Shown here piece by piece: positions 35,747 to 49,425 of a stretch of DNA of 64,000 nt (positions within the stretch are counted from its first letter, which is position 1; each line of letters begins with the position of its first letter). This DNA is from Marsupella aquatica. Taxonomy: Eukaryota; Plantae; Marchantiophyta. The DNA lies in NCBI GenBank assembly GCA_973895155.1, contig OZ316896.1, forward strand, positions 9,621,525-9,685,524. The letters are read 5' to 3'. Position numbers and translations under genes: made by a program. The notes under the pieces are model-generated. The model was not told the origin of the DNA, searched no databases, and saw nothing but the letters and a program-made list of their open reading frames with translations.

Positions 35747-36975
35747 GGTTACAAGTCTTCAAACGATCCTCAACAATCTTCTCTTCTCTTCTCTTCTCTT
35801 CTCTTCTCTGCTCTGCTCTGCAATTGTGCAATTGTGCAATTGGGAGTTCTCTTTAGAACTCTTCCTCGGAGCGGAGTTTCCCCGATCCGCTATTGCCGGA
35901 GTACAGTGGTACGAGAGGCGCTCGGTTGCTCGATGGACCCTCGACAATCAGCCTCCAATGCAGGACCTATAGAATAATCGGAACGCAAAAGCTCTGCTCA
36001 GCTCAGCTCAGCTCAGCTCTCCTCTCTCCTCTGGACTGGACTGCAATTGCGCGTTCTTTTTAGAGCTCTCTGCTTGAAAGCGGAGAATCCCCGATCCGGT
36101 TTTGCCGGAGTAAAGCAGGAAAAGGCTCTCTGTTCCTCCGGCGGACCGACGAACGAACGCGGAACGCTTTTCAAGCAGTCCACTACTAAATACTAATCAT
36201 GTCGTGTCATTACGGTTCTTTCCATAATTATACAAAGTACTAACTAGACTGATTACTCATTCCTTGAACGACAATAGAGATGCGAAGAAAAACATTTGCT
36301 AAAAAAAGAGTTCAGGCTATTTTCTTGTTAATCTCTGTCCAAATTGGCTAAAAACAGATTTCATGCTATTTCTTGCTCAGCTTTGTCCCGTCCTATTCTT
36401 TTGGTATTGCTCAGCTTTGTCCGGTCTTATTCTTTTGGTATGCAGGCACTTAAGTGGTTAAGTCACGAGACTTCACTCTAGAGTCTAGACACTGTCCTAG
36501 ACTCCTAGAGACTTCACTCTATATACTAGGCCCCGGGAGTATCTTTTGATTGTACTTTATTTTACTCATAAATCGCAAACATAATCTATTTTCAAAGGCT
36601 AGGGTGTAGATTCAATTTTTGTCTTCATCTCATTTATGCTCAAGTAGAGGTAATCAGACTAGTGAGTCAGGTTATGAACTTTAGACCCAAGTAGAGGTAT
36701 ATGTTTGATGGACCCCAAAATGATTGGTATTAAGTGATGGGACCCAAGAGTGATCCATACCTTTGAAAAGAGTGATCCAGACCTTTGAGAGATGTAATCA
36801 ACATAAGCAAAACCTCATGGGGTTGTTTGGGGAGAACAGTTTGGTTTGGGGGTGAGAGTTAACAGAATATTTGAGAAAACCTTGTAAACCTCCAAATAAT
36901 TCTCTGAGAGAAAATTTTAACACTGTTCTAAGTGTCCAAGTGTAAACAAGGACTCTTCAGTGCATAAGTTGTTCA

Positions 36976-37175
36976 TGTTGAACATAAACGACATTCATAA
37001 TGATAAGCCCATGACACATCCAATGCACAAGTGATGAATACAAAACATATGTGGTTCACCTCCTCAAGATTACGTCCACGGGGACTGTCAAGAGAACTTT
37101 ATTGAACTTTAAGTCCGTCGGCCATATCGAGTTTCCAAGCGTAATAAGTTCTCCTCATCTCTCAAGTGTTATTAC
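36976..37175 (-). mobile_element. Truncated, degenerate LTR of the same copia-related family
   Basis: tgttgaacataaacgac..aagcccatga..gtggttcacctcctcaagattacgtccacggg..aagtccgtcggccatatcgagt aligns to the start of the LTR at 3907. Confidence 0.8.
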
Positions 37176-40100
37176 AATTAGACTCAAAATTATGGGAAAT
37201 GTTCCTTCTCTAGTTACCTTGCAGATGAAAAACTAAAAAATATTTTAAAACTCATATTTATCAAATTGTAAGCCCAAACTCCCATGGACCACCAAAATGT
37301 GGTCCATAGGAGCACTGTGTCCAACATGGTAGTCCATCTTGGCTTCACTTTCCACAAATACTACTTAAAATGTTATCTTGGGGGGTTCAACTTTTTCAGT
37401 AATTCTTTATTTATTGTGCATTCTTATAGTTATAGTGAAGGCCAGACATCCTCTTGCACATGGTTGTGAATTTACCTAGGTGATCACTTTGTTGTGCAAG
37501 CAGCTTCATGAAATCATGAAATTTCTAGTAATTAGGGCATTTCCTAAAAACCCAACTTGATGTCATGATCACTTACTTGACAAAGTCATCAAGTACATAT
37601 CATAGTGCCATAGGGCAAAAATGTCAAACCAGGAGATACGGTCCCAATGGCAAAACAACCCAATAAAGAGAGAAAAAATGAAGGGGGAAGGGGCTCAAGA
37701 AGACCAACGAGGTCCAACAAGCCAAAGAGTCCCAGCAACAATAAAGTAACAAAAGCAAAGAAACCACTAAACAGCAGAGACGACTAACACCCTACTGGGC
37801 AGATCGAGAACTAAAAAGCCTGATTGAGCTCCAGAGGAAATTGCAAAGGAGAGTCAACTGCTCTGGACTGAAAAGGTCACTTGAATTTCTCTAGTAGTCC
37901 AATACATTTTCACACCCTCTACGCCTGCTCAATACATCATCCATATTACTTAGCCCCCCGAGCCTTGGAAAAATGTAACTTCAATGCAAGTAAAGCCTGA
38001 AGCCATACAAGTTTCCAAAGTGCCAGCCCATCTGGGCATCATTTTGACAACAAATTAATGATTGTTATAATTTTGGGCCAGCTCACAACAGCATTTTTGG
38101 GGGTCATAGTGAAAAACAGGGAAGAATTTTGTAATGTAAATTTATAAAAATATTCTAACTCTCCGCGTAATAAACACTGATCTCTCAGTGGTGGATCTTG
38201 TTTTTAAAATTAAGAACTGGCAAGACGAGAATAGTAATCTCACTTTGAGTCATTTCCTGAAATGGCAAAATAATAAATGTTTCCAGGATGGCACTACTGT
38301 ACAGGAGTGTGGCAATCAATCAGGCAGGTGCGAAAAACTGCGCACTACGAACGGAGGCGGGCACAGGGGCACTCTCACTCTCGTTCGTCCGTGTGCGTGC
38401 AGGTGTAAAGCACTCGCCAAAGATGCTGCACAAGTTGTACAGAACTGAAGGGTCCAAAACAGATTTTCCGCACACAGGTAGCCAGCGGTGGGAAAAGTTG
38501 GGAGGGGTGGATTAGGGGTGGATTTACACGACCTGGGGGCAGCTTTTAAGGCATTTTTGTTTTTGCCTCGGATGCACCATGGGAAGATGTTAAGAAGATT
38601 GTTTGTCTAGTTTATGCGATTAATATGTAACCTTTAAGTCTTACACTGTATATGTCATATGTTGAAGTGCAGTTACCGGGACCCAGCTCTTTGCTCTCTA
38701 CCAGATTCTGTGGCGGCTGTGGTTTGGCCACAACAAACACATGTTTGGCAAATGGAACTTTGCCTTGGCTTTCAGAGGTGGCTGAGGAGTTTGGGGGTTT
38801 TGGGGATAAGTAAGTCTCCTATTATTAAACAGCAGCAGACCCAGCTGCTCTGGACTGAAAATTGCTTCTGGCTGACGTGTGGGGGTAGCCCCATTATTTC
38901 TGTCACTGTGATTGGGCCATCTCACATAAGTGCAGTGGCCTGGCGGGCTTGTGGCTTGTTGGGGGCTCTTGGGGGGGGGGGGGGGGCTGATGTGGGGACT
39001 CTGTCTTGTCTTGGTTGGGCAGGTTTTGTGTTGCTTCTAAGTGATCTTTGGCCTCCTTTGTGGTGTTGGGCCTCTTTTGGGTGGCTTGTTTCCCCCATTT
39101 TCTGTGTGGTTTTCACAGTCAACTTATAAAAGACAACCATTCCCAGGAATAAATGCAAATCCCTTGAGTGGATGAGCAAAAGTTGGAAATGTTTGGACTA
39201 CTCGAGGAGGTGGTATAAAAATTCCAGATAAAATAAGAACTCCAACGAAACATCTACTTGGGCCCACCACTTGCCACATAGGATTGATAGACAGCATACC
39301 TTAATGGGCTGTGGAGTTTTTGTAAAGCCAACTGCAGCCGTTTCCACTCATTATATGGTCAAGATTCAACCACAGTAAATTCAAATTCTTAGTAAGATGC
39401 TCAGTGCAGTTCTTGGTACTTTATGGAACAGAATGCCCATACCAGGCTCAGCAATGGCAATTTTGGAATTTGCGGTCAACTTGTCACTTGATAAAGGAAG
39501 TGAATTCTCAATTTGCATGAAATTTGAATTGGCTGTAACTGTGAAGAAGGGGGTAAAGTAAAGGAAAACCAAACCCCATCAGAAATACTTTACCATCATT
39601 GCTGCATGGAGGTAATACTGTAGTGATTTTGTAACATTGCGCAAACAACAGGCATTTAGCGAAGTATAAATTATATATGTTTTTCATGTGCACTTTATTG
39701 GAAAAGGAAAAAGAAAGTCTCACTAAGATGTGTAGAAATGATGTTCCAATGCAAAGAAATTTAATGCAATTGTGCGTCTGAAATTTTTAGGGGTAGTTTA
39801 ACATTCTTAACTTCCCTCCTGGATCCCAGTGTGGAGTATAGCATGCTCATCTTGGAACATGCTTTATTTTTTTGTCTTGTAGTGATCTGAAAGTAAATAA
39901 AATATGAGAGCATAAAAGTACTGTTTATATAAGTAAAGTGTCTACCAAGAAAACAATGACCAAGAAAAGGTACAGTCAAATACGATGTGTGCACTTAACT
40001 CAAGGTGCCTTATGAATGACACTCCTTTCAATAAAAATCACAAACCTAGGAAAGAAAAACATGAGGAGAACTTAAAAGGCTATGCATTTATGTTCTTCAG

Positions 40101-43100
40101 CATCATTTCTCTCACTCGTGGTGATGGAGCCTTTGGTTTCATCTCTAAGAAAACCCATACTGGGAAAGGGGGCTGCCAAAATAAGTTCAAAACACTCTAG
40201 AATACCTAAAACTAAAGGGGTCTAAAAATTAATTAAAATGTATAAAATACAAAAGCTGCCCCTTGATAAGGCAAATTGAAATGAAAATACATGACACAAA
40301 AATCTGAATAAGACAAAATCTGAAATGTGCATTCACCATATAGCTACTTCACGCAGTACTGGTGTGGCTAGCATGGATACAAACACTGTGTTCACAACTT
40401 TAAACTATTCAAAACATTGTTACGCTAGTTGGAGAAAGGAGGTTGGGCCAGAGATTGTTCTTCCTAGGAAATTAAGACCCCTGGGACCTTCTCTTTTCAA
40501 ATGCCTCATGAAAAGAAGGGGTGGTTTGTGCAATTCCAACCCAACCTACAGAGCTGGACCCGTGTACTGGTCATCTTTTCAACCTTTTTTTCTGAAAGAA
40601 AGAGGCTGACCTGCACAAGAATTCACTTGACAATGCGCAAGCAAGCCTTGTTGCGTTTGCTCTCATGTAATGTTTGACACTTGTTTTATTTTATTCTTCT
40701 TTTTTTTAGTTAACACTTGCTTTTCTTTTTTCTGGTTAGGTGTTTGTCCTGATTGGAACTCTTTCTCTTTCATTTCATTGTACTTTATTTCTTCTGATTT
40801 ATAAATTCTGGTGCACGTTTCTTGTTGGGGTGGAAAGGATCTTTTGGGGAAACGCACCAATTATTGGCGATGCATTATAATTTAATTTTTTTAAAGAATA
40901 ATCTGCCATGCGGGACTTCTGCACCCCACCAAACCCCACGTACTTGTCTAAGTCTTGTCTAAATCATACTCCTGCTTCTGCTTTCAATGGCTACCTCGTA
41001 CAAATATTGAAGAAAAAACCATCATATTGGGAGACAGGATCCAAGAGGCAAAAAAAACTCAATAGGAGCGGAGGACAAAGAAAAAATATACGAAGAGCAA
41101 GGAGCCAAAAAAAACCCCAAGGGTCCTACCTAAGGACAAAAAAATCAAAGCCCTATTGAACAACAAAATGAAAGACCTGGTAGAGTTACGGAGTAAGCTG
41201 AATAAGTAGGAGGGTCACCAAGAGAAATTTGACTTGAGCCCCTGGAACTAACCACCTTGGCCAATCGCCCTTGCACTCACTTTCAGTCATTGTAGCTACC
41301 TCTCTTCTCATTACAACGGATTTGGAAGGTTGGTTCATGTGAGTTACACACTCATTCACTCTGGTAAGCCATGAATGGACAGGGCTAGATTATTTTCCAA
41401 CTTCCTTGCCCTGCTCCCAATAGCTTCAAAGAAACCAAATGAAAGCCAGGACAAGAATTACTCATATCGTAGAATGACTGGATGACCTAGTACTAGGTAC
41501 GCAGTTACTTCATGGTTGTACTGTAGGTTACCTTTGGGCTCCTATTTTGTACTGTTCTTTTTCTACTTTAAATCCTGGTGGCTGATATTGTGTCTTCAAG
41601 CTTACTGCCTTTCCTCATGTTGACAATCATTGTCGGTTGGAAGAAATCATCGTTGATTGCATCAATATTTGCATGCCTTTGTGCGTGTGCGTGTGCATGT
41701 GTGTCCAGTTAGTTGACAGGAGAAACTGCTGGTGTGAATGGAGAAACATAGGTGATAGTGGAAATGGCTGGGTGAAGTGAAATGCCCCCTATGGCACCCT
41801 ATGGTGACAGGAAATGGCAATTTGGAATGGAAACCTGCTTGGCAAGCAGACATGTCCAAGCAAAAAGGATATCCATTTTGTATCAAACATAACACAGGAG
41901 GGTGCCCATTTCACCCAACCTTGAAATGTCCACTACCAAACCCTAGGGTGACAGGGGAAATGGCCAAGTGACCGGAAATTGATGGACAAAGCAAAAGGTA
42001 CAAATGAAAAGATGGTATCATGAATAACAAAGACTGTCAAAACAAAAAAAACATTCCAATGCAATTGTCCCTTATGTCTTCTGTATCTAAGTGCAGGTTT
42101 TCCTGGGAAGACACCACAAGCCTGCACTTTATCCATGGTATGCACTATGTTATAAATGCATGGAAATCAATAGTTATGCACTTCTCCATAATGCACATGT
42201 TGCACTATCCAATAAGTGCATGTGAAATCTCTTAGACATGCATTTCCTCTTATGTCTTGTCAAGGGAGACACATTGGACTCCTCATACACTGAGCTCTCA
42301 CAATGCAACTGGATAAGTGCATGAAACTACTTTATGTTGCACTTATCAATAAATGCTTTGTATGCATAAATTGTAGTTACTGGTAAATGCATGTGTACCC
42401 TTGCACACAGAATGTAGTTACATGTTTGTCTTTGAGTAAAGGTGTACCTGCACTCATGCAACTGCAATTTTTGGTGCATTTTGGAAGGACAAGATTAGGG
42501 GTATGCTATCTACATGTACTACCTGCTCAACTTTGTTCAATTGTTGTTTTTTGTCTTGAACTGAACAAAGGAAGAATGGAAGAACATTTAGTACTCTCTC
42601 CCAATAAAGGCATACATTCATTTTAGGGAACCCATTTCAGGGTGAGCCCCATGGATCAGACAAGAACCTGCACCAAGAGGGAGAGAGTATTAAATCTGGG
42701 TCATCAAGTGGACAACCAGGGGCCAAAGAGATAATCAGAACTCTCATCCACTAGCCTATCCCACCCACACACATAGGCCCTTTGCACCCATGTGTGTGGA
42801 GGGGAGGATTTGAACCTGGGACATTTTGAAGCCAGCTCTTTTGTTCAATTCTTGTGATGGACCCGAAAATTGCCCAGAGCTTATTCTCCAGTGTGTCTTG
42901 TCATGTATTATTGGAAGCATTCTACAGTAAGAAATATTGCAAAAACAGGAATGAATAGTGGTCAGCCCATATTTGTGACCCATATTGTTCACGTGAATGG
43001 TTATGGCGTCGTGGCAACCAAGCACGTTGGGAAGAAGTCCAATAATCGAATTCGTTGGACCTCTCTTTCTCTCTCTCTCACGCACACACACACTCTCTCA

Positions 43101-43681
43101 CACACTTGAAACGATGGTCCCCACAGAGAGTTTTTGTTTCACTACTGTAGGACAGATGGACTGTCATTCACGCTCTCAAACGATCTTCCATTCTTCCCCT
43201 TTGTGAGATTTCAGCTGAGTCTCCCTTGAAGCGATGGTCCCCACGGAGATTTGGTTTTTCACTACTGTAGGTAGATAGACAGGCGGTTGCAAACGGCGTG
43301 GGATTTCTTGCTTCACGTACTGAGTACTGGTGTAATCGTAAAGCAGTGGCTGATTGCCTGATTCTCGTACCAATGTACACTCTCACGACTGCTCTCTTCG
43401 TGAATCATGATCACTGCTGATTCTCACGCAGCCAGATATCCAGCTAGCATGCCAGCCAAGTGAGCCAAGCCGGGCCAGGGCAAGATCGCGCTTGACGTCC
43501 CACAGCTTCTTTGTTTATAAGATCTCGTGCTGCACGTAATCATGCTTTACTATTATTCATTCCGCTCGTCACTGTTGCTGGGTGCTGTCGTGCTCGGTTG
43601 GTCCTGTTGGAGCTCACAGGCCCTGCTAGCTCGTTCATTAGCGAGCCAGCCAGCCAGCCACGCCGTCGTCAGCTGAGAGAG

Positions 43682-44907
43682 GTAATTCAATTTCTCTCCG
43701 TGAACCTTGTGCATTGATTAAAAATGACGCTGCTATCTTCCCTCACTCTTGCTTAGCTAAAGACCGGGAGGTAGGGGGGTCATTTCTCCCTGAAGCTTTT
43801 GAATTGATGAACGGTCATGCTTCTGTGCTCTTTCGATCCCCTGAATCTTGCTTTGACAAAGAATGTTTATTTCTCGGGGTGCAATCTTGGTTTGATTGAA
43901 GACGAAGATGACGTTTACTCGTGGCAAGCACATGATGCCACGAGTAAACGAGGCATCAGCTGCTTTTTCGTCCCTTTTCCTAATCCTGTGGAGGATTTCC
44001 CTGTAAATGAGGACCAAGCGTGCGTTGCTGGGTTCGTTGGTGGAATGACAAAAGAGAAAGGGAGAGACACGGGACAATTTGTAGATTTCCTGTCCTTGAG
44101 CCACTCATGCCCTACGTTCGTGTTTCTGTTTCTCGATTGTGCTCTTGTTCTGTCTGACTCTTACTTCTGGCAAGCTCTTACCTGATTGAACTTTCTATTG
44201 CATTCCCCTAGACAGTTCCCTGGACTTTGTAATTTTATTCAATAGCGATTTATTCTCTCCTCCAGTTGCAATAGCTGCATCGAGATCGCCTCAAAGATCG
44301 CACACTCGTTTTGGCCTGCATTAGATTTTAGGATTTCTTGTGCGAGTATGCCTCCCAGTTCTTTGTTTGTTGGACGAAGTCCGAGGCGAGTGATACTGAT
44401 CTTCCCCGCCCAGTCTTCCGATTTCTTCCTTGAAGGAATTGTGTAAAACGAACAGTATTTGCTCGCGGAATGCTGCAGTAGAATCTCTGGTGGGTATATG
44501 TCTGGTGTTAGAAATTTCATTGCCTCAGTCTGTGACGCTCTTGTCTTCCTTCGTCCGTGTCTTCGGCGCGTCTGTGGAATTGAAGATGTTTAAGCCAGAC
44601 TTGCTGATTGGACTGAAGTCATTTGCGATAGCAATTTCTTGATTTTCCCCTTGTAGATTGACTTGTACTGAAATCATGGTGCCTCAGTCCCAGTCTACTT
44701 GTAATCTTCTTCCGTAACAGCCATTCGCAGTAGTATTCAACTAACGAGCATCTGCAGCAGAAACTTGTCCAATCCCACTTCACCGCAATGAAAACAAAGT
44801 AGATAACGTGAAAGCTTGGCAGCTCCCTAGACAATTCTCATGTCCCTGCTGCGCAACTGGGAGGGTAGGATACGTCTACTGCCTTAACTACTGTCCTTCA
44901 CTTGCAG
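43682..44907 (+). other. Probable 5'-UTR intron of UGD copy 3
   Basis: Donor AG|GTAATT at 43682 lies after a TATA-like TTTATAA (~43514). A branch-like CCTTAAC and acceptor TTGCAG end at 44907 (alternative acceptor at 44921), 44 nt before the ATG. Confidence 0.55.
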
Positions 44908-44951
44908 CATACTCTTTGTAGAAGGAGGACAGCTCCTCAGCCAAGAAGAAA

Positions 44952-46397
44952 ATGGGCGTGACAATATGTTGCATCGGAGCTGGATACGTGGGCGGGCCAA
45001 CAATGGCTATGATTGCGCTCAAGTGTCCCAACATCACCGTGAACGTGGTGGATATCTCCCAGCCCAGGATTGCGGCGTGGAACAGCGATGAGCTGCCCAT
45101 CTATGAGCCCGGGCTCGACGAAATTGTGAAGGAATGTCGGGGCAAAAACCTCTTCTTCTCCACCGACGTCGAGAAGTTCGTGGCCGCCGCAGACATAATC
45201 TTCGTGTCCGTCAACACCCCAACCAAAACTCGCGGCCTCGGCGCGGGCAAAGCGGCCGACCTCACCTACTGGGAGAGCGCGGCTCGCATGATCGCTGAAG
45301 TCTCCACTTCGGACAAGATCGTGGTCGAGAAATCCACCGTGCCCGTGAAAACCGCAGAGGCCATTGAGAAGATCTTGACGCACAACAACAAGGGAATCAA
45401 CTTCCAGATCCTCTCCAACCCCGAGTTTCTAGCAGAGGGCACAGCGGTCGAGGACCTGATGAAACCCGACCGCGTTCTCATCGGAGGCCGCGAGACCCCA
45501 GGAGGAGCGAAGGCAGTCGCCACCCTCAAGGCCGTGTACGCGCACTGGGTCCCTGAGGACCGCATCCTGACCACCAATCTGTGGTCCGCCGAGCTCTCCA
45601 AACTCGCTGCCAATGCGTTTCTTGCTCAGAGGATCTCCTCTGTCAATGCAATGTCAGCTCTGTGCGAGGCCACGGGGGCCGATGTCGCTGAAGTGTCTTA
45701 CGCCATCGGCATGGACTCCAGAATCGGGCCCAAGTTCCTGGGAGCGAGCGTGGGCTTCGGGGGCTCGTGTTTCCAGAAGGATATCCTCAATTTGGTGTAC
45801 ATTTGCGAGTGCCATGGGCTGATCGAGGTCGCGAACTACTGGAAGCAGGTGGTGGCCATCAACGAGTATCAGAAAACCCGGTTTGTGAGGAGGGTGGTGT
45901 CGTCCATGTTCAACACCGTGTCGGGGAAGAAGATCGCCATTTTCGGGTTTGCATTCAAGAAGGATACAGGCGATACACGAGAGACGCCGGCCATCGATGT
46001 GTGCAATGGGCTGCTGGGAGACAAAGCTCGCCTCAGCATCTATGATCCTCAAGTGACAGGAGACCAGATTCTGCGAGATCTGTCGATGAATAAATTCGAC
46101 TGGGATCATCCACATCACTTGCAACAGCTGAGCCCGACCACCTTCAAGCAGGTGAATGTCTGTTGGGATGCGTACGAGGCAGCCAAGGACGCTCACGGAA
46201 TTTGCGTCGTCACGGAATGGGACGAGTTCAAGAAGCTCGATTACCGGAAAATATACGAGAGCATGCAGAAGCCGGCGTTCATCTTCGATGGGCGGAACGT
46301 GCTGAACGCTCGGGAGTTGCGCAAGATTGGATTTGTTGTGTACACCATTGGAAAGCCTTTGGATCCTTGGGTGAAGGATCTATCTACGTCAGTCTAG
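44952..46397 (+). CDS. UGD: UDP-glucose 6-dehydrogenase, copy 3 (481 aa, diverged paralog, opposite strand)
   Basis: All UGD motifs are present, with many synonymous and some amino-acid differences from copies 1 and 2. Confidence 0.97.
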   Translation: MGVTICCIGAGYVGGPTMAMIALKCPNITVNVVDISQPRIAAWNSDELPIYEPGLDEIVKECRGKNLFFSTDVEKFVAAADIIFVSVNTPTKTRGLGAGKAADLTYWESAARMIAEVSTSDKIVVEKSTVPVKTAEAIEKILTHNNKGINFQILSNPEFLAEGTAVEDLMKPDRVLIGGRETPGGAKAVATLKAVYAHWVPEDRILTTNLWSAELSKLAANAFLAQRISSVNAMSALCEATGADVAEVSYAIGMDSRIGPKFLGASVGFGGSCFQKDILNLVYICECHGLIEVANYWKQVVAINEYQKTRFVRRVVSSMFNTVSGKKIAIFGFAFKKDTGDTRETPAIDVCNGLLGDKARLSIYDPQVTGDQILRDLSMNKFDWDHPHHLQQLSPTTFKQVNVCWDAYEAAKDAHGICVVTEWDEFKKLDYRKIYESMQKPAFIFDGRNVLNARELRKIGFVVYTIGKPLDPWVKDLSTSV

Positions 46398-47199
46398 CTA
46401 ATTGGGCGAGTGGGAAGAGTCGTGGGGTTCTGTACATTGTGATAGTTGAGCTTCGAATTTTTTGTACGTTCGACAAGAACTGGACTATTGAGGAAGGAAG
46501 TTGGGAACATACGTAACGGTAAGGAAACTTTTTGGGTGGGGTGATCTTTTGCCAGGTTTTGGGTCCTACAGAGCAAAGTAATGTTGAGCGTAACCCCCGA
46601 GCGTTCGCGGATTATCGATTTGTGTTAGATGTATGGTGGTCAAGGCTAGATATGAAGCCTTTCATGGTAATTTTGTCACCTGTAACGATGAGATCAGCTT
46701 GTCTGGGACTAGATATATAATGTCAATAGTCAGCTGCGAAGAGCCTTCAATACATGTGAAGAAGCATGACAGTGGGGAAGAAGTGTCGTCGAGATAGATT
46801 TGGCGCCCCAGCAGATAGCGTAGCTGTGTAGAGGAAGTCAAAAGTTGATACACGGATGATTTGGGCTCGTTTTCAGTGACAGTTGGGTCTAGTTACTCCA
46901 ATGTAGTAGTGTCTTTAAGCGCTTTCGTGGATCTCCTGCAAAGCAAAACAAACAGTGCAGGTGGATCCATGTAATGAATCATACAAACAAAAGTACGAGA
47001 TGAGAAAATCATCGCATAGACTAAACGACGAGACCCTTCGAACAAACTTTCAAAACAAACTGTTACACCAGCAGTCAACCTGCGACTTCTAAGATTCTTT
47101 TCAATGGTAGCGGAAAGAGCGCAACCTTAAATTAAATATCACGCCCAGAAACTGTTCGAAAAGCAATCATTTGTTTGTTGCATGTGAACTGCTCCCTCA

Positions 47200-49400
47200 C
47201 CCATTGCGCAGAAAGGGAGGCAGCTTGTCCATGTGACCCAAAGCCAGAGACTCTAAATGTTTCTTCCTTCTCTGCTCCCATTTCTTCCGATGAAGCTCTC
47301 TCAAGTCGCAATGGCAAAAAGTCTTTTGGGGTTCTTTTGTGTAGTTCTTCCAGATTGCTTCCCCATCCCAGGCTAGTGCTCTTGTTTCCGGTCTAACAAG
47401 TTGAGAAGGTCTTCTCTACACTCGTTACACGGACGCGCAGACAAAAGGAGAACAGATCTTTGAAGACCAATAAATTCTGTAGTGAGGGTGCTGACACCTC
47501 ACCTCAGACTTTCTGCACCTGGTTTTAGCTCTTTCTTGCAATCCAATCAAATCGTCAGAACCTCCAAGAAACGGATTATTCTTAACTTCGCATATTTCTC
47601 AAATCCATTTAGATCTCTACAAACAATTGTCGGGGCAAATTCCTGTTTAGATCTCCGATCACGTCCCCCGTGTAAAATTTATAAAATTTCATCGGTTACA
47701 ATTCTGATCAGATCAGGAAATGTCATGAGCAGTTTTAGGATTCTACAAGTACTCCATAGAACTATGGTTGGAACCTTCATCAAGGCAGGGATGTCCTCAA
47801 ACAACTTGATGGAGTTGAGTTCTTGGAAATTTCAAATTCCAGCAGGTTCCCCATTAGAAACTCGGATCAATGAAGTTAACCTTCACCACACTTATTCTGT
47901 CTCCGGCCAAATATTGCTACAGGACAAGTTACACCTTGACTTCTTCTTTGTTATTTGTGGGAAGGGAGCATTCTCTCGCCATTTTTACTTTGTACATTTT
48001 CAGGGACTCTGTTGCCAACTCACAGAAGACTCGACTTACATACATGATCTGACATGTTATTTTGAGGCAATTGACGGAGTGCTCAGGACGACTCCCACCT
48101 CAGGACACTAAAATCTTCTGCAATAAAATCGAGACAATATACCCCAACCAATTAATGCACAACTCCATACCAAGGGTAGCAAGCACCTCAGCATCCTCCC
48201 TCCAAAAAATACGTGTGAGAAGAGGTGACAGGAAATGTGTTGGAATAACAGAGTTCCGAATAAGTCTGTCCCTTTCAATCAAACGACGCTCTCGAACAAA
48301 AGCAATGAAGGTACGAGTACATATTCTGCACCATTTTTCTTGTTTGGTATACTTTCTTCTCGATCTTGTGTGATGTGCCAGCACGTATGTACACACTTGA
48401 GACCATAGATCGTTCCCGACATAGATGCTCTGCTCTGTGAGGCATACGCCCCTGTGTACTATCTCTTGACCACCGAAGGGATGCACCAGCACTTCCAGAA
48501 AAATTGTACAAGGTCTTGACAGCATCAGATTGAAAATATGTTGAGGCGTGTAAGTAATCATGGTCTGAATCCAAACAAATTTCCATCGTGAATCTTTCAA
48601 GAACGTTATGATCTTCGGAGGAGCGACCCAGTTGCAAAATTCGAATGAAAACTGGTACTGTCGATTCAAAATGACGAATACGTACTTGCCACTTTCCATA
48701 GTCACCTCTCCAGAAGACTTTCAAGATACTACTGTCAAGCAAGGCCAGAGAGACAGGTGTCATAAACAGTCAACCGGACTAATTAGTCAACAAAAGTGTC
48801 ATTGAAACACCATTTTGCTTGGACGAGGTACGTCTCTGTCTGCTGCTTTCTCCAATTAATATTGTACTGAAAAGTTTGTTCTCTGCCATGCATTCAAGTT
48901 TTCTGTCAACCCAAAGTGCTCTGAGACTTTTCTGGAAGCTAATGACATGAGCTAGTTCACGACCACCAGGACTCTAGATTTGTCAGCAAAGTTCGTCCTT
49001 GTGTGAGGTAGGATAATGACAGCTTTTGACTTCACCCTCCAGTCGTGAGCAAGAATTTTGTACAAATCCCTCCAAACACTCAAAGCCCGTATTTCAATGG
49101 GTACCAGTCATGTGTTCGACGGCCGAGATTTCTAGGCTTTTTACATATCTTCCGATACGTTCCAAAGTGACGATGAATTCGTTATCTAGCTGCCCATGCT
49201 CATCGAAGTAAAATGCCCTGGGTGTGTACTCTTCATGTTTATCATTTGTGGAAAGGAACTGCTTCTTTATAAGTTCGGGCTCCAGATTATCTCCTCTGTA
49301 GACTTCATACTTGATTGTGAAGACTGTCACGGGCATGCAGAGAAGACTAGTGACATAATCTCCTCTGTAGTCTTCATACTTGATTGTGAAGACTGTCACG
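47200..49400 (-). pseudogene. Possible heavily degraded LRR-ROC-COR (TORNADO1-like) pseudogene
   Basis: RNI-LRR-like PGGRELAHVISFQKSLRALWV (~48910-48975); P-loop-like KVFWRGDYG/SGKY across a 1-nt frameshift (~48680-48722); then HIFNLMLSRPCTIFL. Many stops. Confidence 0.35.
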
Positions 49401-49425
49401 GGCATGCAGAGAAGTATACTGACAG
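49288..49425. repeat. 69-bp tandem duplication
   Basis: atctcctctgtag.cttcatacttgattgtgaagactgtcacgggcatgcagagaag occurs twice. Confidence 0.9.

Noticed and set aside
42700-42870. Possible tRNA or SINE (minus-strand B-box GGTTCAAATCC at 42806-42816)
   Set aside because: No convincing A-box, cloverleaf, tail or TSD.
47482-48111. 209-aa plus-strand ORF
   Set aside because: GTG start and no motifs; probably antisense to decayed coding sequence.
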